From contig VRVR01000016.1 in the NCBI GenBank assembly GCA_009859145.1, positions 7,780 through 71,779 of the forward strand: a stretch of 64,000 bases of DNA, written 5' to 3'. Position 1 is the stretch's first letter, and the number at the start of each line of letters is the position of its first letter. The notes under the pieces are model-generated. The model had not been told where the DNA came from and did not search any database. It was given only the letters and a program-made list of their open reading frames with translations. The translations under genes were made by a program, and so were the position numbers. Shown here in pieces: positions 30,185 through 40,318 of this stretch. Origin of the DNA: Andalucia godoyi And28. Its lineage: Eukaryota; Protista; Jakobida.

Positions 30185-31573
30185 ATGTCTGCCACTCAGG
30201 ATAAGAAGCACATGTCCGTCGTCATCTGCGGACACGTCGACTCGGGAAAGTCGACGACCACGGGTCGCTTGCTGTATGAGCTCGGAGGTATCCCCGAGCG
30301 TAAGCTTGCCGAGTTGAAGAAGCGCGCCGACGAAATCGGAAAGTCGTCTTTCTACTTTGCCTTCTTCATGGACACGACCAAGGACGAGCAGGAGCGTGGT
30401 ATCACCATCCACTGCCAGACCAAGGAGTTCTTCACTGAGAACTTCCACTACACCATCATTGATGCCCCGGGCCATCGTGACTTCATCAAGAACATGTTGT
30501 CTGGTGCCTCTCAGGCTGATGTTGGTATTTTGATGGTTCCCGCTGATGGTGGTTTCGGAGTCGCCGTCCAGAAGGGAGATCACAAGGCAAACGAAATCCA
30601 GGGACAGACTCGCCAGCACGCCCGTCTGCTCAACTTGTTGGGAGTCAAGCAGCTCATTGTTTGCGTCAACAAGATGGACGAGAAGCAGGCTGCCAACTAC
30701 CAGGAGGCCCGCTACATCGAGGTTCGCGACGAGATGCGCAACATGTTGAAGGCCGTTGGCTGGAACAAGGACTTTGTCCAAAACAACGTCCCCGTTCTCC
30801 CCATCTCCGGTTGGGTTGGTGACAACTTGATCAAGAAGTCCGAGAACATGCCGTGGTGGAACGGTATGGACGTCAAGACCTATGACAACGCCGAGACCGT
30901 CAAGGTTGTCACTGTGTTGGATGCCCTCAACAACTTTGCCCGCGTCCCCAAGCGCTCTGAGACTGCACCTGCCCGTGCCCCGATCTCCGGAGTTTACAAC
31001 ATCAAGGGAGTTGGAGATGTTCTGACCTCGCGTGTCGAGCAGGGATCTTTCAAGCCTGGTGATGATGTCGTCTTCGTTCCCTCGGGATGCGCCGGACGTA
31101 TCTTCTCCATCGAGATGCACCACAAGAAGGTCGATGCTGCCGTTCCGGGAGACAATGTTGGTTTCTGCGTGAAGGGTCTTCCCAAGGAGGAGAACGCCAA
31201 GCCCAAGGTCGGAGACGTTATGGTCCTCAAGTCGGACACCTCTCTCAAGGCCGCCAAGAGATTCACCATCCAGGCTCAGGTTCTTGACCACCCGGGTGAG
31301 CTGACTGTTGGATACTGCCCGGTTGCCTGCGTTCGTACCGATCGCTCTGCCGTCCGTGTCGCCGCCATCAACTGGAAGATGGGAAAGGAGACTGGTGGAC
31401 AGAAGGTCGAGAACCCCGCCAACGTCAAGGCCAACGAGGTTGCCGAGATCGTTCTCGAGCCCGTTCAGTCCCTCGTTGTCGAGCCGTACGACAAGTGCGA
31501 AGGTCTCGGACGTGTTGCCATCATGGAGGGTAACGGAGTTGTTATGCTCGGAAAGGTTACCAAGGTTGAGTAA
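30185..31573 (+). CDS. EFL: Elongation factor-like GTPase (EFL)
   Basis: GHVDSGKSTTTGRLLYELGGIPER, TKEFFT, DAPGHRDFIKNM and NKMD, with the EFL-type insertion QKGDHKANEIQGQTRQH; strong C/G-ending codon bias. Confidence 0.9.
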   Translation: MSATQDKKHMSVVICGHVDSGKSTTTGRLLYELGGIPERKLAELKKRADEIGKSSFYFAFFMDTTKDEQERGITIHCQTKEFFTENFHYTIIDAPGHRDFIKNMLSGASQADVGILMVPADGGFGVAVQKGDHKANEIQGQTRQHARLLNLLGVKQLIVCVNKMDEKQAANYQEARYIEVRDEMRNMLKAVGWNKDFVQNNVPVLPISGWVGDNLIKKSENMPWWNGMDVKTYDNAETVKVVTVLDALNNFARVPKRSETAPARAPISGVYNIKGVGDVLTSRVEQGSFKPGDDVVFVPSGCAGRIFSIEMHHKKVDAAVPGDNVGFCVKGLPKEENAKPKVGDVMVLKSDTSLKAAKRFTIQAQVLDHPGELTVGYCPVACVRTDRSAVRVAAINWKMGKETGGQKVENPANVKANEVAEIVLEPVQSLVVEPYDKCEGLGRVAIMEGNGVVMLGKVTKVE

Positions 31574-31928
31574 GGACGCTTCCGTAAAGAATACAAATGC
31601 ACAGATTCCGACAAGTCTTTTTTTCACACTGTACGCTCCTCACCACCTTGTCATAATCTGTCAGCGACGGTCCGCTGCGGGGAAACTGCGACTACGCGAT
31701 TTGCGAATGCGATGCCAAAAATAGACCCGGATTTTATCCACTGCTCAAAAACAAGTTATGCTTGCGCATCAACAGCTGCTTCGCGGTTTCTTTCAAGTTT
31801 TATTATTTACATATATTTTAAATTAAATTTAGGCAGTCGGTGGTCCGTATCTTTTATTCTTATTGTTGTTATTATTTATACTTTTTAAGAAAATTAAATT
31901 AATTGATTGGATTTGTTGATTGGAAAGC

Positions 31929-33329
31929 ATGGGAGGGATCAAATCACCGCCGGAAGTCTGGCGCTATGTTCAGCAGACAGGGTTTTACAAGTCTCGAATG
32001 GACTGGAAGCGCACTTTGATACTGGCAATCTACGCAGGCGTCTTTGTTGGGTTTGGAGCACTCGCCGCGACATCGGTGGCCTACAACATGCCAGTGACAC
32101 GCGTTGAGAATCCCGGTGTTGCCAAAGCCGTGTACGCAGCAATATTCCCGATTGCGCTTTTCCTGATATACTACACTTCTGCAGAACTGTTCACTTCCAA
32201 TTCAATGTCTCTGTTTGCTGCGCTCTTGTACTACAAGAATAAGCGATCCGCGCTCGGACTTGCGAAGAACTGGCTGCTCGTTTTGCTCGGAAATCTGATG
32301 GGCTGTCTGGCGTGTGCGTATGTGTTTGGATACCTGTCTGATTTGTTCAAGGACGAGCCGTATCCATCGGTGCTTGCAGCTGCTGCCGAACACAAGGTGC
32401 ATGCAGGGGCATTTCAGGTATTTATTAGAGCGATCGCATGCAATTGGTGTGTTTGTTTGGCCGTGTTTGGCGGATCGTCGGCGGATGAACTGGGAGGACG
32501 GCTACTCGCTTTGTGGGCCCCGATCTTTGTCTTCGCGTGCATCGGACTCGAGCATTTGATTGCGTCGTTTTTTACAATCCCACTGGGAATGATGTACGGT
32601 GCAAACGTGACAATATACCAGTTCTTGATTGAATACTCGCTCCCGGTGCTTGCAGGAAATATCATTGGTGGATCGTTTTTCATGTCGGGTGTCTTGTGGT
32701 ATTTGTTTACAAATGCACCGCCTGTCCGCAAGCTGTCGCACGAGAACCCATTGCCAACCCACGTTGCAGCTACCATTTCACCTTCTCAAGCAACGTCAAT
32801 GTATGAACAAACTGTGCAGGTGATGCAAGATCAAACCGTAGAGTTCCGAAAACGGTACCTTCGCAAGGACGGGAAGCCGATCGAGGTCCTCGTGCACGCA
32901 AGCTTGATTCGCGATCCGGAAGGCCACCCATTGAAGGCGATGTCCCAAGTGCGAAGAGTGAATCCAAGAACGAGTACTGTGGATCGTAATGAGACTCCTG
33001 GAGTGATTGTGGCGGACGTGTCATCAGACGGGCACGCTCGCCGCATCCAATTCATCGATGACAATTTGGCATCGCTACTCGGATACGGGCCCCTCGACAA
33101 GGATGATCTTGTCGGGAAGACCGTGCAAGATATTACATACTCGGAAGATGGAGCAGTGACCGACCATGCATTTCACCATTTGCTCTCCAATTCCACGGCT
33201 GGTATGTCGTCCGTGGTAGAAGCCGCTCGTCTGGTCCGAGATGTCAGGAATTCGTCCCCACACAGCTACGACAACGAATTCGACCATCTTTCGCCTGCAT
33301 CCACCGCAACGCCCGCACACAGCGTCTGA
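31929..33329 (+). CDS. Formate/nitrite transporter (FNT) fused to C-terminal PAS/PAC sequence
   Basis: FNT motifs AGVFVGFG, AELFTSN, IACNWCVCLAV and GLEHLIA, followed by PAC-like FRKRYLRKDGKPIEVLVHASLIRDPEG and PAS-like LLGY...LVGKTVQDITYSED. Confidence 0.9.
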   Translation: MGGIKSPPEVWRYVQQTGFYKSRMDWKRTLILAIYAGVFVGFGALAATSVAYNMPVTRVENPGVAKAVYAAIFPIALFLIYYTSAELFTSNSMSLFAALLYYKNKRSALGLAKNWLLVLLGNLMGCLACAYVFGYLSDLFKDEPYPSVLAAAAEHKVHAGAFQVFIRAIACNWCVCLAVFGGSSADELGGRLLALWAPIFVFACIGLEHLIASFFTIPLGMMYGANVTIYQFLIEYSLPVLAGNIIGGSFFMSGVLWYLFTNAPPVRKLSHENPLPTHVAATISPSQATSMYEQTVQVMQDQTVEFRKRYLRKDGKPIEVLVHASLIRDPEGHPLKAMSQVRRVNPRTSTVDRNETPGVIVADVSSDGHARRIQFIDDNLASLLGYGPLDKDDLVGKTVQDITYSEDGAVTDHAFHHLLSNSTAGMSSVVEAARLVRDVRNSSPHSYDNEFDHLSPASTATPAHSV

Positions 33330-33525
33330 CAACATCTTCGCATGCTTCTGCAAATCCAGAAACTGAATCGTGCCGTACTATCCGTGTACAGTATGCAAAT
33401 CTATTGTACCTACAAATCAAATACTCTATTCTTTTTCTGTTTTTGCTCCCCCGCCCAGAAACCAAACCTCTCTTGATAAACGGGGACAGGAAAAACCAAA
33501 CCCAAAGGATATACATAAATATAAA

Positions 33526-33747
33526 TTAGTCATCCCAATCGTCAAATGCTGCAAGATCGACCTTGATGCCCTTCTTTCGCTTCCCGTTCTTAGCCTTTGG
33601 GATGTGCTTCGCAGCGGCATTGGCAGTCTTGTTCAGAGGATAAGTGTCCTTGAGGACGGCAACATCCAATGAAGGGAATGCGTTTTCCGACATCGCCTTC
33701 TTCAACGTCACAGACATCTTTTCTTCCACAACATCTTCACTGCCAGA

Positions 33748-33780
<33 letters not shown>

Positions 33781-35082
33781 ATACGACGTCTGCGCGGCTG
33801 ACAACGGCACAAAATCTCCTTCGTTGAACGTGAATTGGGGCTGTCGCATAAACACGTCTCTGCCGGCGGCTTCGCGGAGATCGCGGTGCAGCTGCTCCTC
33901 GATCTTTTCCTGTCTTCGCTTGCTAAGCGCATCCTCCTTGTCTGATTTTTTCCGGCGATCGTTTTGTCGCTGGCGGACTTGCGGTTGAAAATCCGCGTAC
34001 ACCTCGGGGGTCAGTACCGAGGAAAGATCGACTTCACATATGCACAGGGAGGACCCGTTTTGCATGTGTGGAATCTTGAATTTCCTTGCTTCATACGAAC
34101 CGAACGTTGTCCATTGCAGCGCCAAAATGGGAACATCTGGCAGTGAAGACGGAGCGTGTTCCAGCGAGCCAAATTGCGCCTGTAGCATTGTCACGTTGAG
34201 AGAATCCAGGACGTAAGGAGCGCCCGATGGATGCTGGTACCAAGTAAACGAACCCACAACATCAAAGCTTGCATTGCTAATATTCACAGCCGACGACGAG
34301 AAGGAGGTAACAGTACTGGAGGTGGAGGTGGAGGTGGTGGTGGAGGTTGGCGACAATCCGTTGCTCCCAGTTGACTTCAGCGACTGCGGCTTACCTGCAT
34401 CCGATACGACGTCTTCATAATGTGGTCGATCGACGCACTCATTCAATGCGCGTCTTGCATATCTTGCCTCTTCTGGATCGAGCTCCGAATTCGACAGATA
34501 CTGCGTGATTTCCGAAGCTTCTCTCGCGATGATCAGCGACACATCATCCGGAATCGCGATGCGACAGCGTTCGAAATTGCACAAATGGACGCTCGAGCAC
34601 TCGGAGCCTATCTCGACAATTTCATTCGCCCCCGCGTACTGTCGCTGCTGCTGCTGCTGATGATGATCGCTGTGGTGCTGCTGGAAGAACCTTCTCGGCC
34701 CAACCAACTTTTCCTTCTTCACGATCGCTGTCATTTTGGAAAAACATGTTTTCGAGCCGGGCTGAAGCATTGGGTCCTCGAGCATCACAGCAGATCGCAG
34801 ATCTCTCTGATTGAAGTACTTTAAGCAAAGCGGACATTTCGACCCATGTTCAATGCATCGCAAAGCACATCCGTAGCAAAGAGTGTGGCCACACGGAGTA
34901 CATTGTGGCGCCACTGGATCCGACAGGCAAATCGGACACGCTGCGATATCTGTAAACACCTGGACAACTGAATTCCATAATGGGTGATTTGGATGGGAAA
35001 CAAACGACAGCGACACACTCGCAAACACAGCTGGGTCCATTGGACTCACCAGAAAGCGCATGTTTAGGAACGGATTGCTCAT
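33526..35082 (-). CDS. RNF10: RNF10/Mag2-like RING E3 ligase
   Basis: C3HC4 RING CPICLSDPVAPQCTPCGHTLCYGC...CPLC; later WYQHPSGAPYVLDSLNVTML and CEVDLS followed by a coiled coil. Confidence 0.75.
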
Positions 35083-35602
35083 TTTTCTCCCTCTGTGCTC
35101 TGCTTGCAGAGGAGAACACTCAGTAAATTAGACACTGAGATTTATTTATTTTTTGAAAGAAAGACGACTATATTTTGAAGAGCTTGTTTTGTTTTTGCTT
35201 TCTGACTTTCTCTTAGTGTGGAATCAATTGATCAGTCGAAGCAATTGGAACCAAAGCAAACAAATAGTCCAGCAACAAGATCAGCAATCATAATAGTAGT
35301 AATGGAAAAATAATAAAAACCCCGCCCCGATGGAAATAGGATTCTTCTGATCCATGGCGTCACTTGATTCTCAGTGACGGTTTTTCCCCCTCAAATGATC
35401 TTTCCACACCGACTGTACAGTGGCAAAGAACACTGCTCAGTTCACCATGCATTTTCGCATTTTCGGATTCGCATCCATTGGAGAATGACAGTAATCATTT
35501 TTTCGTGATTTCCTTTCCCGCACAGCTGGTGCATATTTTTATTTTATTCGCAAGTAGATTATCTGACTTGATTAGAGTGTGTCTCCTCAGCAAAAAGTCG
35601 GT

Positions 35603-35983
35603 ATGGGAGTAATCAGATTTCCGTCGTCGACGATCCGATTGATGCTCGACTCGGTCGTTCCAGGAAGTCGCCAAGTGACGTTTCGGATTCCAATGGCGAT
35701 GAGCAAACCCGATTTCCGTTCGTATCTGACTTCGCTCTATGGTCTGGATGTCTCCGCTGTCAACACAATGATCTATGCTGGAAAGCGTCAAAGAGTCGCT
35801 GGGGGGCACGTGTATAAGCGTTCAGACTGGAAGAAGGCGATTGTGACGCTTGGAAATCCGCTGCAAATTGATCCCAAGGCTCTCGAGGCTCTCGATGTTG
35901 CTCGATCCAGAGAACAGCAGACGAACAGTACTTCAAAACCTGCGCCATTGGCTGCCCAAGCTGCCCAAGCTGCTCCCAAGTAA
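35603..35983 (+). CDS. MRPL23: Mitochondrial ribosomal protein uL23
   Basis: VTFRIPMAMSKPDFRSYLTSLYGLDVSAVNTMIYAGK...DWKKAIVTL. Confidence 0.88.
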   Translation: MGVIRFPSSTIRLMLDSVVPGSRQVTFRIPMAMSKPDFRSYLTSLYGLDVSAVNTMIYAGKRQRVAGGHVYKRSDWKKAIVTLGNPLQIDPKALEALDVARSREQQTNSTSKPAPLAAQAAQAAPK

Positions 35984-36196
35984 TCGCGCCATCACATTCA
36001 GCAATGCAAGAGGAACACGGGGGCCACAGAGAGACAGGTGAGAAGAAAAAAATAAGAAAGGTGGAAAGTATCAATGGTAAAATAATAGTTAAAACAGGAT
36101 GGAAGGGAGATGAGGGATGGGGGATAGAACATGTTCATGTAATAGAGATGTACAGTGCAACAATAGAGACGTGCAAGTTGCCAAAAAAAGAGCAGT

Positions 36197-37798
36197 TCAA
36201 GGAGAGAAGGCAGCACACGCATTCAGCAGAGAGGAAACAGCGGCTCGACGGTCCATGCACTCGGAGCAAACCATCGTTTGCAGATTGAGGCGAACAGACG
36301 ACTTGTTCGTGTCCTGACGGATGTATCGGGGATAGCAGCCGCCATGGACAGAGGCGTCGCAGTACAAACAATGGACGTTGCGGACCCCGTTGCCAGAAAA
36401 CGAACACACCAGGCAAACATGGGCAGGGCAAACAAAAGGCGAATGAGACGATGCATGCCGCACACACGCAGAGTGAAACTTGCGCCCGCAAGACTGGATG
36501 GAGCAGCGAATCTCGCTGCTGGCCTCTGAGCATCGTTCACAGCAGCGAGCACAGAACGTCGAGCGGTTGCATCCAATTGCACACTCGTCACAGAAGCCAT
36601 CCTGGCTGATGCACGACGAATGACATCGGGATTTGCAACGTGCACAATCCGCGAACTTGCTTGTCGCTGACCGTCCGTCCTTCTCGCGCATTCGACCGTG
36701 ACAACTTTTGCAAAATCGGGATTGAACGGACGCATCCAGATCGTGATCCGACTCGTAGGCCTCTTCAGGGGCGGCCACGTCGGTCCGTGAGACTGCTGGA
36801 GACTTGGACCCGTCAACAACTTGCTCCGCAAACGAGCGGATATCCCAACTGTCCCACCACCATGGCTTCTCAGGCTGGACCTTCTTTTCTGCGTCCACAT
36901 CACCGGTGTCCTTCTTGAGCCTGACGCGGGAAGAGTCGTCCACATGAGGTTTCCTTTTTGCATCCGCACCACTAGCCACGACGACATGCGTGCTTGAGAT
37001 ACTTGAGTGCAGCAGTTGGACAATTTCACGCTTCCGACTCTTCGAAGACATCATTGTCTGTGACTCATACGCACCCCCGCAATCGGCCAGGGGCAGCCCA
37101 GTGACGGATTCCGATGGACTTGACTCGCTTCGTGCGTCAAACACGTGGCCTTCATATGAAGCGGTCATGAGCCTGGACGCATTCGCATCGTGCCATGGAC
37201 AATATCCCATCCGCTGACATGGCTGGCCTTTGTGGTTCAGCGCCCCGCAGATGGTTGCTCCGGCCATTTCAATCGCAGAACTGTCGCCTGCAGCAGACAC
37301 TGCAATCTGATTTTGCATGTCTGACACTGGCGACGAGTCATTGGACAGCGTAGAAACATCAGACAGTGAATCATCTTCTGCTTTCAACACTGCCTTTCGT
37401 TTTGCTCCAAAAGAACATCTATGGAGCGCAGTGTCGCTGTGACTGTGACTGTGACTGTGACTGTGACTGTGATCCATTTCAAAATGGAGATGCTGCTCCC
37501 GGCCGCTGCGGTCTTTGCGGAAATGGACGGCCCGTCCGAAGGCGTCCAGAACAAGTTTTCCCTTTCCCCAGCGCACGCCACAAGCATTGCACAGCGTCTT
37601 TGCACCCCGAGGACCCGATCGCCACAACGGAGTCTTGGAAATTCCACAAGCAGAGCATACATGCGGGTAATTGCTTGGGGAAGAATGCTTCAGACTTTCT
37701 GCAGTGGTCGAAGACAGGAAGGAATCCTCGGAATGCAGCGATGGATCCGACGAAGCATCATCGATGCAAATCAGTGGCCGATCCACGAGCGATGTCAT
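36197..37798 (-). CDS. GATA zinc-finger protein with extra CCCH-like and PHD-like Cys/His domains
   Basis: [27 protein letters not shown] (CX2CX18CX2C); [20 protein letters not shown]; C-terminal CGRKFHSAC...CPAHVCLVC...[12 protein letters not shown]. Confidence 0.85.
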   Translation of the reverse strand: MTSLVDRPLICIDDASSDPSLHSEDSFLSSTTAESLKHSSPSNYPHVCSACGISKTPLWRSGPRGAKTLCNACGVRWGKGKLVLDAFGRAVHFRKDRSGREQHLHFEMDHSHSHSHSHSHSDTALHRCSFGAKRKAVLKAEDDSLSDVSTLSNDSSPVSDMQNQIAVSAAGDSSAIEMAGATICGALNHKGQPCQRMGYCPWHDANASRLMTASYEGHVFDARSESSPSESVTGLPLADCGGAYESQTMMSSKSRKREIVQLLHSSISSTHVVVASGADAKRKPHVDDSSRVRLKKDTGDVDAEKKVQPEKPWWWDSWDIRSFAEQVVDGSKSPAVSRTDVAAPEEAYESDHDLDASVQSRFCKSCHGRMREKDGRSATSKFADCARCKSRCHSSCISQDGFCDECAIGCNRSTFCARCCERCSEASSEIRCSIQSCGRKFHSACVRHASSHSPFVCPAHVCLVCSFSGNGVRNVHCLYCDASVHGGCYPRYIRQDTNKSSVRLNLQTMVCSECMDRRAAVSSLLNACAAFSP

Positions 37799-38087
37799 AT
37801 TCTGATCAAAACAACACAGCAGCAACAACAACAAAAAAAAATGTGCAAGCAGCAAAAGGCAAAATAAAAAATAAAAATAGCGACAGTCCTTGATTACTGC
37901 AAATTGATCAAATGCAAGAGTGCGACGAATGCGACGAGAGCCACCCAATTACAGAGATTTCAAATTAAAAAACAATGTGTCTAGACAAACAAGCACAGCG
38001 AAAATAGAACGGTATCGTCAAAAGAAGGAGCAGACGAAGACGACAGGAACAGGAATTACCTCGGAATCTTCAGGAAATGAGGGAGTG

Positions 38088-38131
38088 GAGAGAGAGAGAG
38101 AGAGAGACACACACACACACACACACACACA
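38088..38131. repeat. Compound (GA)n(CA)n microsatellite
   Basis: Direct reading, upstream of the GATA gene. Confidence 0.9.
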
Positions 38132-38531
38132 AATGAGATGGATCTCTTGCACAAAAAATGGAATTTTAGAAAGCAAAAATAATCTCCAAACAGGCAGAAA
38201 AGAGGAAAATGAAGAATAGAAACTTGAAAAAAAAAACCGGGGAATTTGACGATTGGGCTGTGCAGAGCACAGCGTGTGACGTCACTGGTTGGGCTCCATC
38301 CACAGAATGAGGAGAAGGAAAAAAGAAAACGCCGCTGCTCCGACATGTGATTTTACGTACGTTTCCTCCCCGCTATCAAAAAAAAAAAAAAAAAAGAACG
38401 TTTGCAAAAAAGAAAACATGAATGATGAATCCTTTTCATTCGGTAATTGCGATTGTCGACAAGCCAAATCATAAATGGCACGACTACGGGACGGGGGGGG
38501 GGGGGGGGGGGAGGGAAATTCATTGTCTTCT

Positions 38532-39398
38532 TTACACTTGCGAGCGAACAGCAGCGATCATCACTCTGTCTTCCAAACTGGCTTTTCCGAAGCCCTTGTT
38601 TTTCCACAGCCGCCACATGTAAACTCCACCGGCGGCGAGGGCGAGTGTCCACGCCGTGAATCCCGCTGCTGCAAACAGCCCAGCTGTGCGCTGCGAAACC
38701 GTCGGAAGCCCCGAAATCATCATCACCATCCCAGCCCCACCAGAGGAAGGAACCCCGATGATCATCACTAGATCATAGAACAGCTGGCAGAGAAAGGACA
38801 GGTAGAAGAACCGCAGCCTGTTTGTCGCTTCTTTTCGAAAATAGTGATACAGCTGTCGGTACCAAAGCCAGTGCGAAAGCGGCAATCCAAATATTAGATA
38901 TGCTAGAGCAAGTCCAAAGCAAACAAATCCATTTTCGCCACCAGAGCCCCACCAAACCAGACACGCAATCATATTGAACACAAACAAAATTGCATGGAAG
39001 ATCCACAGGTAGTATCCCTGCATGAGTACCTTCCTTCTTCCTTCATCTTCAACATCAAGCTCTGGAGCATGATACACAAAGCTGCACACGCCAGATTTGA
39101 AGGGCCAGTTTGGCTTGCGGGTCAAATGATCCTCGTGTTCTTGCAAATACTGCTCCTTTGCAGCCACCGACCGCTCTCTCTCTTCCAATACTCGGATTCT
39201 CGCCTCCAGTTGTTCCTCGCGAGTCATCGGGACAGCCGAAGGTTCCTGGAGAAGCCCTTGGTCTTCCTGATGCTGATGCATCACCGGCTGCATCTCCTGT
39301 CCATAGGAATGACTCATATCGGGTGGCGGCGGTGGAGACCCAAATGGATCGTCCTGATACGGACTCGACGTGCCAGCTTTCGGAACACTCGTCGACAT
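38532..39398 (-). CDS. SCAMP: Secretory carrier membrane protein
   Basis: Coiled coil, PNWP...CSFVYH, four TMs, E-peptide-like LWYRQLY and FFYLSFLCQ. Confidence 0.9.
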   Translation of the reverse strand: MSTSVPKAGTSSPYQDDPFGSPPPPPDMSHSYGQEMQPVMHQHQEDQGLLQEPSAVPMTREEQLEARIRVLEERERSVAAKEQYLQEHEDHLTRKPNWPFKSGVCSFVYHAPELDVEDEGRRKVLMQGYYLWIFHAILFVFNMIACLVWWGSGGENGFVCFGLALAYLIFGLPLSHWLWYRQLYHYFRKEATNRLRFFYLSFLCQLFYDLVMIIGVPSSGGAGMVMMISGLPTVSQRTAGLFAAAGFTAWTLALAAGGVYMWRLWKNKGFGKASLEDRVMIAAVRSQV

Positions 39399-40318
39399 TC
39401 CGGAATTTCTCTACTCAAACTGCAACCTACAGATTGCAAAAGATAAATGCACAATCTCGAGGGGGGAATATGAATTATAACAAAAAGGAAAGAAGAAGAA
39501 AAAAAGATGGAATCAATGAACAGTAATGTGAAAAAACGTTTCGCAAAACACCAGCAGCAGACAATCAAATGAATGTTCCATGGACTTCAAGGACGTGTAC
39601 GACCGGCTGTGACTCAAACGCTCGGGCTTTATGCGTCCCGTGGATTGTCACTTGTCACTTGTCAGTCTACCCCCCTTCCCCTCCTCCTGTAAGCTGTCAG
39701 TTGTTGAGGCGTCTCCTGTCCCTTTTTCGTTCCCTCAATTGCCTTTTGAAAACGGCCGATTTTTTTTCTTTTCTATTCCTTTGCAATCTTTCATCATCAT
39801 CCATTTTCATCGCACTCGTTTTAAGCACATATCGTTACGCTTCTTTTCTTTTTCTTTTCTCTTTTTTTCTTTCTTTCTTCTTTTGACTTTACTTTTTGCT
39901 CATTTGTTCACATTCGTATAATTCTCCGTAGACACGCTTTTACTGGACTGCATTGCATCTTCTCCACCCAAATCGTCATCATTTGTCTTGCAGAAGCTAC
40001 AGTGATTGTTGTTATCTTTTTTAACATCGATTCTCAATCTCATTTTTTTATTATAATAATATTGTTTTTCAGTTTCCAAATCAAATCGCCGTCCTTTTTT
40101 CCCGCTGAAAAACCTCGTGAAATGCCGTTTTGATCCAAAAGCATCGCATAATTGTCTATATATTTTTCTACTTGAATTGCATCGCATTTTCATTTGCAAT
40201 TGGTAATTTTCAGATTGTTCATAGTTTTGTTATTGTATTGTATATTTGCGTGCAGAACTAACGGGACCTAGCACGCTCGCACCCGCATCCTCGCACACTG
40301 AGATTGATTTTGGAGAAC

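Noticed and set aside
30176-31627. 483-aa minus-strand ORF
   Set aside because: Antisense shadow of the codon-biased EFL gene, with no motifs of its own. The same applies to most short overlapping ORFs in the track.
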